Shown: positions 28,998 to 40,535 of the stretch, in pieces
How the letters are laid out: the number at the start of each line of letters is the position of its first letter
Position numbering within the stretch: position 1 is the stretch's first letter
IMG/VR virus record: IMGVR_UViG_3300008448_000063
Span: 5,182-69,181 of that record
From: a virus
DNA: 64,000 nt
Direction: 5' to 3' (one strand)
Notes under the pieces: generated by a model
The model's database searches: none
Told to the model about the DNA's origin: nothing
Seen by the model: only the letters and a program-made list of their open reading frames with translations
Made by a program: the position numbers and the translations under genes

Positions 28998-29852
28998 TCA
29001 AATATCTACATCAGTTCCTTGTGAATTGCTATATGTCTTAAAGTCTTGGAAATCTACTATTTGATCATTGAATCCAAAGTCATCTCCAAATGGTATCAGT
29101 TCATCATCAGTAGAATCTATTACACCATCACCATTATAATCTTCAAGTGCTTTAGGAGTAACAGTATATCTAACTTCTCTCTTAGCATTGATGATTGCAT
29201 TTGTTGCATAATCAACTTGTACCTTCTTAATGAGTCCTTGACTATCCTCAGGAACTTCATTGAAGAGGTATGTTTTTGCTGTGAAATTTAAAGTATAATA
29301 CAACAATCTTCTGGTATTGAAGTTATCTTCATAATCATCTCTAAATCCAACTCTGTTTAAAACTATAGGAATATCCCTCTTTTCTCCAATTTCTGGAATA
29401 AGATTCACGGTAACATTAAATGATGGTTGGAAGTATGGAAGGATTTGTTCTATAATTTGAAGAACATCATCTTGCAGTTTTCCTAAGATATTAAGTTCAA
29501 ACCCAATATTATATGGAACTGGCATAAAAACTTTATTTACTGCCTTTCCATCTTCAACTTTAGATGCCTTAAATGTTTGTATGACTGATCCTTTTCTTGT
29601 TGGATCATAATCAATAGATGTCATTTCAAATGACATTCTTGGAAGTGTCAAAGCAATTTTTCTATCACCACTTGCATTTTGCTCTATTCTTGCCAAGAAC
29701 TTTTGGATTGGTCCATAGGCAAGAGGAACCTTTAACACTGATACTGGATTATCATTGTCGTCATTATGTCTTATTTGAATATTATTGAAAAGGGTTCCAA
29801 AAGCAATCACAGTTTTGCTTATAGTTTTATGATAGAAATAATTTCCAAGCAT
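28998..29852 (-). CDS. gp15: Tail sheath stabiliser / terminator
   Basis: FGTLFNNI, VPLAYGP, LPRMSFE, QIIEQILPYFQP. Confidence 0.94.
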   Translation of the reverse strand: MLGNYFYHKTISKTVIAFGTLFNNIQIRHNDDNDNPVSVLKVPLAYGPIQKFLARIEQNASGDRKIALTLPRMSFEMTSIDYDPTRKGSVIQTFKASKVEDGKAVNKVFMPVPYNIGFELNILGKLQDDVLQIIEQILPYFQPSFNVTVNLIPEIGEKRDIPIVLNRVGFRDDYEDNFNTRRLLYYTLNFTAKTYLFNEVPEDSQGLIKKVQVDYATNAIINAKREVRYTVTPKALEDYNGDGVIDSTDDELIPFGDDFGFNDQIVDFQDFKTYSNSQGTDVDI

Positions 29853-29879
29853 AGTAAAGACTTAATTGTACTATTTAGT

Positions 29880-31253
29880 TTAAACTTCCCCAAATGGGTT
29901 GATTTCTGTGAAATCTATAATACCATCTGCTTCTTTTTCAATATCTTCACTCTCATCATAAGCACTATCTAATTTATAGGTATCATATGAAAGTATTTTA
30001 TAAGTTGCATTAGAATCCTCACCAACTATTAGGTCGCCAACTACAAAATCAGTTCCCATTCCAGAAACTTTAAGTGTGCTAGTAGCAGCATCCCAATACT
30101 TAACTATTCCAACTGCATTGGACATGGAACCACTTACTTCTTCGCCAAAAATGAAGTTTCCTTGTGATATTGAAGATCCTGCAGAAATTGTAATTGTGGG
30201 AGCAACTGTATATCCATAACCAGCATTAGTAATCCTAATTGTAGAGATAGTTCCAGTTGTGCTTATAAATGCCTGTCCAGTTGCAGTAACACCACCAGCA
30301 ATTGGAGATGAGAATGTAACTGTAGGAACAGTAGTGTATCCCTGACCAGCATAGGTTAATGTCACTATACCAATGCTACCAGATGTTGCAATTCCAACTA
30401 TTGCATTAGCACCATAACCCCCTCCACCAGTAAATGTTACTTTTGGAGGATTAGATGGATTATATCCACTTCCAGCATTCTCTATTAAAATTTTATCAAT
30501 ACTGTATCCAGTGGTTAATCTTCTAGAACTGGTTAATACTCCAACAAAGACGGGTTTAGTGGAAGAAATCCCAGAAACACTTATTGTGGGAGCAGTTGTA
30601 TACTTATATCCATTGTTTATCATCTGGACATACTGAACACCTCCAGTAACAATTCCAGTATATGCTGTTGCTGTTGCTCCCAAACCAGCAACTTTGATTA
30701 GTGCACCATATCCAAGATCCTTAAAGTTATCATCAAGATCCAGAATTCCAGTAGAGATATCTTCATCCTCATATTCAAAGAGTTCGCACTTCAGTTCATA
30801 AACATAATTCTTCTGAAGTTGGAAAAATGGTTTTCTATTCTCAACATATTTTATCTCCATTACGCTGTCTGATAATGGAATATACAACAGATCTCCCTCA
30901 TTAGGTCTCTTTGTTTGAGGGACATCTGGTATTGCCTTTACCAGCTCTGCTATGTAGAGTTCAAATCTTTCTTTAGAAATGACCAAAGACATTTCATCAG
31001 AAATTCTAATTCCAAACTTAGATAATGCTATGCTATTATTATCAAATCCTTCATAATTTACTAAGTATGCTTCTATTGGAAAGGCGTGATTAAACTTGGA
31101 GAATAAAACCTCCTTTATTACCTTTCCTTTAGATACATACTGCCTTGGCATATAGTAAACTTCTATGCCATACATTCTTAACTGTTCATTGATCAGATCT
31201 TGAATAAGACCTTGTTCTGAACTAGTTCCTTGTATGAAAAATGGATTTAACAT
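29880..31253 (-). CDS. gp14: Neck protein (with inserted GxGY repeat modules)
   Basis: EQGLIQDLINEQLRMYG, SKFG, RPNEGDLLY, terminal NPFG. Confidence 0.92.
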   Translation of the reverse strand: MLNPFFIQGTSSEQGLIQDLINEQLRMYGIEVYYMPRQYVSKGKVIKEVLFSKFNHAFPIEAYLVNYEGFDNNSIALSKFGIRISDEMSLVISKERFELYIAELVKAIPDVPQTKRPNEGDLLYIPLSDSVMEIKYVENRKPFFQLQKNYVYELKCELFEYEDEDISTGILDLDDNFKDLGYGALIKVAGLGATATAYTGIVTGGVQYVQMINNGYKYTTAPTISVSGISSTKPVFVGVLTSSRRLTTGYSIDKILIENAGSGYNPSNPPKVTFTGGGGYGANAIVGIATSGSIGIVTLTYAGQGYTTVPTVTFSSPIAGGVTATGQAFISTTGTISTIRITNAGYGYTVAPTITISAGSSISQGNFIFGEEVSGSMSNAVGIVKYWDAATSTLKVSGMGTDFVVGDLIVGEDSNATYKILSYDTYKLDSAYDESEDIEKEADGIIDFTEINPFGEV

Positions 31254-31254
31254 A

Positions 31255-32085
31255 TTAACCTATCATATCAAATGGAGCAGTTTCATATTCTGACATCATT
31301 CTCTGTCTTATTTCCTCTAACTCCTTAACTGCATCATCATAAATTTGTCTACCATTTAATTCTACCCCACCAGGAAGCTTTACTCCATTAAATTTAATTA
31401 AGTTCTGTCCCCACTGCTTCTTAATCAATGAGGTTAAGTACATCTTCAGGAATGAATCATTATAAACTTTGGTATAATCTGTTGGATCTAATATTCTATA
31501 GCACTCCATAATTAAATATTGGTCTTCTTTCAAGGAATCCCAACTCATATCCAAATATAATCTGTTCTGTCTTTTATTAAATCTAATCTGCCTTTGGGGA
31601 TTGACTATCCAATCAATATCCTCCAAGTACCTTTTTGTCACAAAGTAATTTAAAAGTTCAGTGGAACTAAACCAGTAAATATCATTTAAAAACAACTGAT
31701 AGTTAACATTAAACAAGTTAGATGTGATAGTTCTGTTATCTAACTTGAATACTCTTTCTATACCAATTACAGAATCTGGAACAGGAATATAGTTAGAGTT
31801 TTCTTCCCAACCAAAAGTCCCAATTCCAGATGTTGCATAGGTAGTTACTATTCCTACTGATTTATCTCCACCTCTTGCTCTACCCCTATCAATATCTTCC
31901 TGGGTAATTTTGTACTTCAAGAACATTTTCTCTACGCCATCAAAATGCCTTTCATTGAAGTACTGAAGGGCATCATCTAATCTATCATCTAGCTGTTCTT
32001 GAGCAACATTAATTTCCAATACAGGAGCACCAAGTTGCCTTAAGCAATAATCAATTAATTCTTGTCTTGATGCTGGTTTTGCCAT
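31255..32085 (-). CDS. gp13: Neck protein
   Basis: YCLRQLGAPVLEINV, KKQWGQNLIKFNGVKLPGGVELNG. Confidence 0.95.
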   Translation of the reverse strand: MAKPASRQELIDYCLRQLGAPVLEINVAQEQLDDRLDDALQYFNERHFDGVEKMFLKYKITQEDIDRGRARGGDKSVGIVTTYATSGIGTFGWEENSNYIPVPDSVIGIERVFKLDNRTITSNLFNVNYQLFLNDIYWFSSTELLNYFVTKRYLEDIDWIVNPQRQIRFNKRQNRLYLDMSWDSLKEDQYLIMECYRILDPTDYTKVYNDSFLKMYLTSLIKKQWGQNLIKFNGVKLPGGVELNGRQIYDDAVKELEEIRQRMMSEYETAPFDMIG

Positions 32086-32107
32086 TATTCTAATATTTTT
32101 TAATTAT

Positions 32108-32290
32108 TTATTCTGGTGATAAAAGATCTAACCTCTGCATAGTCTCTTCAAGACCTAAGTATAATTTTACATAACATTTGCAAAGATTTCTCATCAAATC
32201 TATGTTAGTGCAAGTATCAAGTTCTCTTGAAATCTTTTCAAATTCAAATAGTTTAGAAACAGATTCAAGTTTAAAGTCATTATGATCCAT
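32108..32290 (-). CDS. Hypothetical protein
   Basis: ORF overlapping its neighbour in the late operon. Confidence 0.6.
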   Translation of the reverse strand: MDHNDFKLESVSKLFEFEKISRELDTCTNIDLMRNLCKCYVKLYLGLEETMQRLDLLSPE

Positions 32291-32513
32291 TTTTTAAATC
32301 TCCTAATAATTGTTTGATCTCATCAATTGAATTTTTCAATTCACATATTTCACTCTCCAAATTTTTAATGTGTTGTTTTTGGGAATTAATTTTGGTTTTG
32401 TTTCTAATATAATTCTCATATTCACGAGAATCTGTATTCAATATAGCATTTGTTTTGTTATCTCTGATTAAATTGGGAAAGTTTTCAACTTTAGAAAAAG
32501 ATTCTAAATTCAT
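32280..32513 (-). CDS. Hypothetical coiled-coil protein
   Basis: LIRDNKTNAILNTD followed by a C-terminal coiled coil; typical after the large baseplate protein. Confidence 0.7.
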   Translation of the reverse strand: MNLESFSKVENFPNLIRDNKTNAILNTDSREYENYIRNKTKINSQKQHIKNLESEICELKNSIDEIKQLLGDLKNGS

Positions 32514-35500
32514 ACTAAAGCAATTCCTCTAAGATTCTTAATTATTGGAGATTCTGTTTGATTTGTACTGGAGGCAACTATTTTAATTGCAAATCCTGTA
32601 AAGTCTGGAAGATTGTCAATTGTAAACTGATGCTCAATAAATTCATTCTTATTGCTAAATCTTACATTTTGATCTGGTCTTCCATCATTGTCATCAGAGT
32701 CTATGATGTTTCCATTTATATCTAAGTTTTTGTAACCTGGGAACAGTTGCCAAACTTGATCTCTACTTGGAACATCATTTCTATAAATCTTGTAAAGAAC
32801 TCTGATATCAGTATCTTTTGGCCTGTAGGCATCAAAGATAACCTTCAGTGAGTTTGCAGATTGTACAAGATCAACTCTTTCTGTTAAATGAATGAAAGTA
32901 TGAGGATCATCTGTATTAGAACTTACTGTAGCACTGTCTGCATAACTATTAAGACTTATTGGTTGATCAATTCTAAAAGCAGATGCTTTAAATGCCACAT
33001 CATCTAAAATAAGAACAGGAGATACATTTGAATTTTCTGTAGAGAATACTATGTCTGCTGTTAAAGATTTCTTGCCCTTAAATTGAGTTGAATTTAAGAA
33101 ATCAGTTTCATTTCTATTTGATGGAATCATTCTGAGATTATCAAATTTTCTTCCATTCCTAATATCTAAAGTAGTATATCCAGTATCTTCAAATGCAGTT
33201 TCAGTTCCAGAAGCACTAGTTCCAGTTACTGTTCTAACAGAAACATCTAAATCAGTTCCATCAGGAATATCAATGCTATCACCTACCAACTCTAAAGTAT
33301 CAAACACTCTATTTCTAGGTGCATGAACATTTGTACCTCCACCAGCCTCAACAGTTGAACTAAAAGTGGTAGATAATCCAATATAGTAAGAATCAATTGT
33401 TATTGGATAACTTGATGAAATGATATGGTTAATGTTAATCTTTCTAAGAGAAACTCCATTGTACTCATACTTGTATACCAAAGCATTCTCTAAATGATCT
33501 ACTGCAGAAGTTCCATCAATTTCTCTAGTAATTCCTGTTAATTGATTTCCAGAAACACCTGTATATTCAACAATCTCATTATCAATGAGAGCATATCCTG
33601 GATCAGAAGGTGAAACAGTAATTCCCTCAAAGGTAACAAAACTTGTAGTATCATCTAAAGAAATTGAATCTGTAGAATCTACATTATAACTAACTCCCAG
33701 TTTTGCAGGAAGAACATCAGATTCTACATTATTAAGTTTTACTCTGCAGTTTGGAGAATAGAATCCATGATTTGGGTGGAAGATCTTCATGTAAGTTCCA
33801 TCATTAGGAGCAGATCCCCCAGTGGTTATCCCAATTGGATTTTCTGGAAGTAAATTGTCATCAGATAAAGCATAATCTCTTGAGTTATAAAGTTTAATTG
33901 AGCCACCATCTAAACTAAATTCGCAGCAATTAATATCAAACTTTAAGTCATCACTTTGTGCTGCAGTCCATGTGGTATTATTTTGAGATCTAAACATGGA
34001 CCCCAAAGATGGCTGCTTGCTTATAACTATTTGAGATACATCAGGATTATTTGCTGTAGAAATATCTACTTCTCCAGTTCTAGAAATCCAAACATTATAT
34101 TCTGAAGAATCTGATAAAAGAACCATTGCATATTCTTTGTTTCCATCTAATTTTCTTAGATTTTCAAACTCAAATTTAGTTGGAACAGAGGCATCTTCGC
34201 TAATGTTAATATCATCTAATTTTTTAACTACTTCCATTCCATTAACAATTTTATCAGGACCTCCAGGATATCCATTTACAACTTCTCTAATTTGAAGAGT
34301 AACTGGAATCTTTTTACCAGATCCAGGTTTTGATGAGAAGTAAACATCAATTGAACTTAAAAATACACCAGATTCTTCTTTTACAAAGAATGTTTGTGCA
34401 ATAGGATCATAATAATTATTTGGAATTTTTCCAAAAATAGTTCCAGTTGATGTATAGTTTGCAAATGCTTTACTTACTGCGTCAATATCTTCTGTAAATT
34501 CAGTTACTTCTACTTCTACAGTGCCTGAGTTAATTTTAAAGGTAGATATTCTAGGATCTGGGATAAAGATACTACCAAGTAAAGTACCATTAGAATCACT
34601 AATTAATTTCAGACTATTAACTCTTGTAGTTGCTTTACTATTCTTACCAACTAACTTAGATCCTCTCTTAATATTTCCATAGAAATCACTCAGTCCAGGA
34701 ATCTTAAGAGAATCAATGTCTACATTTAAAACTGTAGATTCTTTATTGTAAGTTTCTGGAAGGGAAACTGAAGTATCATATGGATTTTCATCATAAACTT
34801 CAGTAGGATCATCATGCTTTCCACTCTTATGATTTGGGGCACACAGTCTGAAACTTGCAATTTCTTGTGAATTGTTATCTGGATCAAATACTAAAACTGT
34901 TTCTCCAATCTCAAACTTCTTGGTTGGAGGATCAATTTCCAGAAGTTTGGGGAAGCAATAACTAGAAGATTCATCATTAGATGAAATTTCATTACCATCA
35001 ATAAGAACTTTAAATCTTGTGTTTGGTTTTAATCTGAATGCCTTGAACTCAATATTTCTAGATCTCATGTATGTGGCATCTTTTCCATCACTATCTTGTC
35101 CCTCAAGATTTATGGGAACTGTAATGGATCCTTTCTTTATTTTAACTGCCCAAGTATCCTTTTCTGGATTAAGTTTTAATAATCCAGACCAAGTTACAGT
35201 GTTAAATGGGTTAACATTGATAGTTCTGCTAGCAAAAGGTTGCTGGATATAAGATTTTGGTGAATAATCAAGAGTTAAAGTTTTTCCAGTTAACTTCAAA
35301 TTAGTAGAGTCTAAGTCACTCAACTCAATTTCATCCATAGATAAAACTGCATTAGAACTAGAGAAAGTCATAGGAACTCTATCACTAACTCTTTCTGCAG
35401 TTAAAGTATTGTTCTTTCTTCTTGCTCTATAACTTGATGATCTAACATTACTTAAAATGTCTGTACTAAAATTATCTGCAAAAAATCCAGACTTAAATCT

Positions 35501-38500
35501 GTTAAGCCCATCTGCATCTTCAATAGTTAAATTCTTAGTTTCTAATTCTAGTAAATTCAGTGAAGTAAGATATTCAATGTTGTCAATTCTAGATTCAAGA
35601 TCTCTCAAATCTTTCATTGTATATCTCTTTCCATCAGTCAGCACAATTTCAATATCTTGATCTATATCATAAACATATGGTTTTGCATAAATGGTAGCAA
35701 TATCAAGAACCTCTGGGGATAGTGAGGGGGCAGCAGGATTAACTGCTGGTGTGCCCTTCTTTATTGACATCCTGCCAGATTTTCTCAATCTTAACTTATC
35801 TACTCTTCCCAGATAAAAATCATACTTCAGTAAAGTATTTTTGTATGGTGCCATAATTTGTGCTGCATTAGCACCAGAAGTGCTAAAGTTTCTAGAATCA
35901 AACTCAAAGGGACTTAGTGAAGATGCAGTGTAGTTAGATACTCTTGGTCTTACATCTACAATATCAGTATTTCTAATTCCATTAAATACTGGAACTAATT
36001 TTCTATCAATTGCACCATTGTAACTGGTTGCTGTAATTACATCTCCTCCATCAGTTGGTTCAAATGAGAAGTAATCAAATACAAATTTTAATCTTCTAGA
36101 TGGTTCTCTAGTATCTGTTCTGACAATTCTAGAAATGTCATAATATCCTCTCTTTTGACCATTATCTAATCTAAATGAATTGACAATATTCTTATCACCT
36201 GATTTAGAAAGAGTAACTTCTGCTCTGTAACCAGTTTCTTGGAATTTTACAACTTCACCTTCAATAAAAGTTTCCTTAGATTTGTATATGATATAAATTT
36301 GAGAGGATGTTTTTTCCTCCGTAACCATAGCAACTGCTTTAGAATCTCTTCCTACAACAAGTTCACCAATAATCAAATCCGAAGTATTAGAATTTGTACT
36401 GTTCAGTCCAGTTATTTCTAAATATGGAAGCTCTGGATTAGAATTTGTTGAAGACTCAAATACACCATGCAACTGAACTGCATCTGAAACATTTAAACTA
36501 ATTTCAGGGTCTTCAATTCTTGTTCCATAAGTTTTTTGGTATGAAACACTAGCATTTTTTGGAGTAGAATACTTAGTAAATGAAACTATTCCAGAAGAAC
36601 ATCTATTTAATTTCTTACTCTTAGATGTAATATTTCCTTTAATCTGAGTAGTAAATATTGTGGTTGCAGTAGCTTGATTACTTAATCCAGTAATTGTTAA
36701 ACTCTTGAATCCAGTAGAAAAATTAAATTGAGATGCTGATAAACTTTCATAAGTTCCATCTGCATTAGATACCAAATAGTCTTCTTCATCAAATGGTACA
36801 TATGCATAATCAGCAGAAAGATTTGGAAGAACTACTGATGTTCCACTTCTGTTTACAGTATATTGTCTTTTCACATATAAGTTAGAATTTACAGTATCAA
36901 CATCAGCAATATCTCTATCTTTTAATTCTGAGTAGAGAGAGGAAGATTTGTCTGGATTTGTTAAAACATTAGGTCTATTAAGTTTAAGATTCTGTGCAGA
37001 GTACTGAACACTGGTTCCAATATCTCCCTGACATACATTAGTAACAGTTTGAACTCCTACTACCGTGATGCTATTTTTTAAGTTGTTTATAGCAGTAACT
37101 CTACTATAAACTGGAGTTCCTACACCAGATCTTGATAATTGAACAATATCATTGATTACCATACCTTCAGCAAAGGCACTTCCATCATCACTAGTGATTG
37201 TTCCTATACTAGATCCATCTACATCAACTGTAAATGGTCCTGAAAGACTTTTTACTCTATTTAAAGCAGTATCACATCCAAACCCAACAGATGAAGAATA
37301 AATTGATTTAATGTCATTGACTGAATAATCACTTACTGTCAGTGTTAATGGGTTTGCCTGGATACCATCTACGAGTAATCTTTCACCAACTTTAAACTGT
37401 CCTGCAACTTGATATAATGTTACATTAGCACCATTCTTAACTCTTACAAATCCTGTTGCACCACTATTGACTCCCCTTACATGGGAACCAACACTCATAG
37501 TTCCAATTCCACTTTGGAGAGTTAATTTAGTATAAGTCTGAATGTCAAACAAGTATGCATTAAACTCACTGCTTGCATCTTCATAAGAATTATTGTGTGC
37601 CTCAAAATCATAAATTCTAGCTACACCTATAGTATCACCTGCTCCAACTCCAGTTTCCAATCTCTGATCAAAAAGACTAACAGTATATGTTGTAGTTAAA
37701 CCTAACTTAGGTGCTCCTACTACATTATTAACTCTGATGGCAGTTCCACCATAAAATGCACTAGAAGAAAAAGATGTAGTTCTAGTAGTTCTTGGTTTTT
37801 CGTATTCTAATAGATTTGTTCCAGTTGAGATTTCATATCCTTTTACATATGCTTTTCCTGGATTTACTTTAATAATAGCTAAGTCATCAGAAGGTGTTTC
37901 TCCCTCAACAGTTTTTTGTCCTGGGTAATATACCCCACCATTTCCTAAGTAATCATTTAAAGATTCTTTTGCAGTAACTTTAAATTCATCAACATAATAA
38001 TTTCCAGATTCATCAAAAGTTCTTCTTGCTAAGATATCTGATAAAGAACTGAAAGGATCAGTTTTTAATATTTCTGTTACTACACCATCCTGAACTCTAA
38101 AAATTTCTATAAAGTTATCATCATTTAGATCTGATAAAGACTTTTTGATTAAATTTATTGTTATTTTTAATCTATCTGCTCCAGGAGCAGCAAAGTTTGA
38201 AAAACCTTGAGCATTATCATTTAAAGAATTATCTTCATTAGAATCTACAAGACTCTCTGTAACTTGTAATCCAACTCTATATGAAGGAGAATTGCTATAT
38301 TGATCTAAGATTATTAACTCAGATTCATACTCTATAAAAAATCCTCTTATGAAGAAAATTCCATCAAGAAGTTTTGCTGAAGATGCTGTGTAAGTAGCAT
38401 TTCCAGAAACTGGAGTATAAACTTTTGCTACTGGAGTATCTGCAGGTAAAACAGTTTCTCCAATGGTAAGTTTTTTTGTTATTAGAAGATCTTCAGAATT

Positions 38501-38956
38501 TCTAAATCTAGAACTTACATTTTTCTCTCCTTCGGGCAAATCTCCATTGTCCGAAGAAGATTTATAATTAATGTATAAAGTAGTTGTATTTTTAGTTGAA
38601 TCGTTTCTAGATAAAACCTTTACAACTTCTGCTGTGACACCAGATGTTTTGCCTTTTAGTTCTACGCCTATTAAATTAGTATAATAATCTTCTACATCTA
38701 CACCATTATAAGTGCTTTCTAACTGTACACACTCAAAATTAGAGTTATACTTATATCCTCCCCCATTAACCGCAATGGTATTTGAATAGACAGTCTTTCC
38801 AAACTGTTCTACTTGGTTCTGTAGAGTTGACTGTAAATTAGTTAGTTCTCTAGTTTGTACTGTAACCCCAGGTTTAAATAAAACCCTATAATAATTATCT
38901 TGAGGATCAAAATCTGCAAAATATGGACTTCTGTTAAGATTAGTATTCTGAGGCAT
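32510..38956 (-). CDS. Large virion structural protein (VrlC/DUF4815-like baseplate-tail protein)
   Basis: MPQNTNLNRSPYFADF...YYRVLFKPG..VQTRELT, APGADRLKI, LARRTFDESGNY, NRFKSGF, DPIAQTF. Confidence 0.85.
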   Translation of the reverse strand: MPQNTNLNRSPYFADFDPQDNYYRVLFKPGVTVQTRELTNLQSTLQNQVEQFGKTVYSNTIAVNGGGYKYNSNFECVQLESTYNGVDVEDYYTNLIGVELKGKTSGVTAEVVKVLSRNDSTKNTTTLYINYKSSSDNGDLPEGEKNVSSRFRNSEDLLITKKLTIGETVLPADTPVAKVYTPVSGNATYTASSAKLLDGIFFIRGFFIEYESELIILDQYSNSPSYRVGLQVTESLVDSNEDNSLNDNAQGFSNFAAPGADRLKITINLIKKSLSDLNDDNFIEIFRVQDGVVTEILKTDPFSSLSDILARRTFDESGNYYVDEFKVTAKESLNDYLGNGGVYYPGQKTVEGETPSDDLAIIKVNPGKAYVKGYEISTGTNLLEYEKPRTTRTTSFSSSAFYGGTAIRVNNVVGAPKLGLTTTYTVSLFDQRLETGVGAGDTIGVARIYDFEAHNNSYEDASSEFNAYLFDIQTYTKLTLQSGIGTMSVGSHVRGVNSGATGFVRVKNGANVTLYQVAGQFKVGERLLVDGIQANPLTLTVSDYSVNDIKSIYSSSVGFGCDTALNRVKSLSGPFTVDVDGSSIGTITSDDGSAFAEGMVINDIVQLSRSGVGTPVYSRVTAINNLKNSITVVGVQTVTNVCQGDIGTSVQYSAQNLKLNRPNVLTNPDKSSSLYSELKDRDIADVDTVNSNLYVKRQYTVNRSGTSVVLPNLSADYAYVPFDEEDYLVSNADGTYESLSASQFNFSTGFKSLTITGLSNQATATTIFTTQIKGNITSKSKKLNRCSSGIVSFTKYSTPKNASVSYQKTYGTRIEDPEISLNVSDAVQLHGVFESSTNSNPELPYLEITGLNSTNSNTSDLIIGELVVGRDSKAVAMVTEEKTSSQIYIIYKSKETFIEGEVVKFQETGYRAEVTLSKSGDKNIVNSFRLDNGQKRGYYDISRIVRTDTREPSRRLKFVFDYFSFEPTDGGDVITATSYNGAIDRKLVPVFNGIRNTDIVDVRPRVSNYTASSLSPFEFDSRNFSTSGANAAQIMAPYKNTLLKYDFYLGRVDKLRLRKSGRMSIKKGTPAVNPAAPSLSPEVLDIATIYAKPYVYDIDQDIEIVLTDGKRYTMKDLRDLESRIDNIEYLTSLNLLELETKNLTIEDADGLNRFKSGFFADNFSTDILSNVRSSSYRARRKNNTLTAERVSDRVPMTFSSSNAVLSMDEIELSDLDSTNLKLTGKTLTLDYSPKSYIQQPFASRTINVNPFNTVTWSGLLKLNPEKDTWAVKIKKGSITVPINLEGQDSDGKDATYMRSRNIEFKAFRLKPNTRFKVLIDGNEISSNDESSSYCFPKLLEIDPPTKKFEIGETVLVFDPDNNSQEIASFRLCAPNHKSGKHDDPTEVYDENPYDTSVSLPETYNKESTVLNVDIDSLKIPGLSDFYGNIKRGSKLVGKNSKATTRVNSLKLISDSNGTLLGSIFIPDPRISTFKINSGTVEVEVTEFTEDIDAVSKAFANYTSTGTIFGKIPNNYYDPIAQTFFVKEESGVFLSSIDVYFSSKPGSGKKIPVTLQIREVVNGYPGGPDKIVNGMEVVKKLDDINISEDASVPTKFEFENLRKLDGNKEYAMVLLSDSSEYNVWISRTGEVDISTANNPDVSQIVISKQPSLGSMFRSQNNTTWTAAQSDDLKFDINCCEFSLDGGSIKLYNSRDYALSDDNLLPENPIGITTGGSAPNDGTYMKIFHPNHGFYSPNCRVKLNNVESDVLPAKLGVSYNVDSTDSISLDDTTSFVTFEGITVSPSDPGYALIDNEIVEYTGVSGNQLTGITREIDGTSAVDHLENALVYKYEYNGVSLRKININHIISSSYPITIDSYYIGLSTTFSSTVEAGGGTNVHAPRNRVFDTLELVGDSIDIPDGTDLDVSVRTVTGTSASGTETAFEDTGYTTLDIRNGRKFDNLRMIPSNRNETDFLNSTQFKGKKSLTADIVFSTENSNVSPVLILDDVAFKASAFRIDQPISLNSYADSATVSSNTDDPHTFIHLTERVDLVQSANSLKVIFDAYRPKDTDIRVLYKIYRNDVPSRDQVWQLFPGYKNLDINGNIIDSDDNDGRPDQNVRFSNKNEFIEHQFTIDNLPDFTGFAIKIVASSTNQTESPIIKNLRGIALV

Positions 38957-38957
38957 T

Positions 38958-40499
38958 TTAGAACTCTATGATAATTTTGATGTCTTCCCTTTGTTGTGAT
39001 TGTCTAGTAACAGAAACTCTGTTATCTATGTAAACAATCTCACCACTCTTTATATTTATGTCTGGAGTAGAAATACCATCAGTAAATAATTGTCCCAAGA
39101 AAGTTTCACCTACCTGACTGCCATTAAAATCAGTGTCAATAAAATAGGTATTAGATCCAATTACTATTTCTGATGTATTAAAATCTGTATATTCATAGGT
39201 TTGGGCAGTGGTTAATCCAGATCTGTTGACATAATATGGATCAAATGTCTTAGTAATTGTTCCAGATGAGTAAGTATCTACATACCACTCTCTAGGTTTA
39301 GTGTACTTAACTACTGATGATGATCCCAGGGAAACCACACTGACCAAACTACCAATTGCCCCTGTTGCAGATTGTTCTATTTTAGAATCTTCAACCTCTG
39401 AACTTGCATCAGTTGTTAATTTAATAGCAAATACTCCAGATCCTGTGCTGTTTGTAAAATCACTTGTTCCTGCATAATCTTTTAAATCTCTTATAATTCC
39501 AACCCTAGCAAATTGATTTCCTTCTATAAAATCTGGATCAGAAATGGTATTTTCAATTCTAGAATAAACTAATGCCTTATTACAGTTTAATTCTTTATAA
39601 ATGTTACTTCCATGACCACCAGGAGGTGGAATAATTACATTAAAAACTGATTTTTCTGAGATTGGGGAAACTACAGAATCTAAATCTAAGGTTCCAAAAG
39701 TATATCCAAAACCACCAGAAGTCACAGTAACTTTTATTGGTTTTAATTCATCATCAAATTCTACTGATGCTTCTCCACCAACTCCATCCCCAATAATTGG
39801 GACATTGGTTAAAATATTAGTGTTTACTGCATATGATGTTGAAGTTTCTACTAATACTGTTTCAATTTTACCATCTACTGAAGCATTTTTAATTCTTCTA
39901 ATTTCTTCAGTATTAAGAGCATCATTATCCCAATAATTTGGAACTGAAATATAATCAGTAGAATCAAATTTTACAAAGTCTGCAGGTGTTATAGTGTAAA
40001 GGTACTTCCAAATATATCCATCATCCTCTACTTCTGGAGTCTCTGATGTGTGTACTGGTTCATTTACAGATGCTACTCCCAAATTATTATTTGATGGGGC
40101 AGCACCATTATTAATGCAAATATAAACCCTATACTCACTATTCATTACATAATATCTACTATCAGATAGAGAAGTATAATTTGTAACAGGTGTCAGATTA
40201 TATCTACTATAATCATGCCTGTACATATCATACTTTGTTCCAGTCTTCCAAACAATTTTAGGAATAACCCTAATAATATCTGTGGAAGAAATTTTCTTAA
40301 CACCAAGAATTGTATTTTTATATGAATCCAGATAATTTAAACTATCTACTGGATCTGGAGTATTAGTATTCCAGTCAGACTGATACTCATTATAATTAGA
40401 CAATCCAATAAATGTGTAATAATTTCCATTATCTACAACATCACTAATAAAATTAGTACAATTTCTTATCTTTAAATTTTCAGTTATAATTGCTGACAT
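38958..40499 (-). CDS. gp8: Baseplate wedge subunit
   Basis: MSAIIT, YDMYRHDY, YRVYICINN, DGYIWKYLYTI, QREDIKIIIEF. Confidence 0.9.
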   Translation of the reverse strand: MSAIITENLKIRNCTNFISDVVDNGNYYTFIGLSNYNEYQSDWNTNTPDPVDSLNYLDSYKNTILGVKKISSTDIIRVIPKIVWKTGTKYDMYRHDYSRYNLTPVTNYTSLSDSRYYVMNSEYRVYICINNGAAPSNNNLGVASVNEPVHTSETPEVEDDGYIWKYLYTITPADFVKFDSTDYISVPNYWDNDALNTEEIRRIKNASVDGKIETVLVETSTSYAVNTNILTNVPIIGDGVGGEASVEFDDELKPIKVTVTSGGFGYTFGTLDLDSVVSPISEKSVFNVIIPPPGGHGSNIYKELNCNKALVYSRIENTISDPDFIEGNQFARVGIIRDLKDYAGTSDFTNSTGSGVFAIKLTTDASSEVEDSKIEQSATGAIGSLVSVVSLGSSSVVKYTKPREWYVDTYSSGTITKTFDPYYVNRSGLTTAQTYEYTDFNTSEIVIGSNTYFIDTDFNGSQVGETFLGQLFTDGISTPDINIKSGEIVYIDNRVSVTRQSQQREDIKIIIEF

Positions 40500-40535
40500 T
40501 TTCTATGGACATTTTTAAGTTATTTATGATAGCAA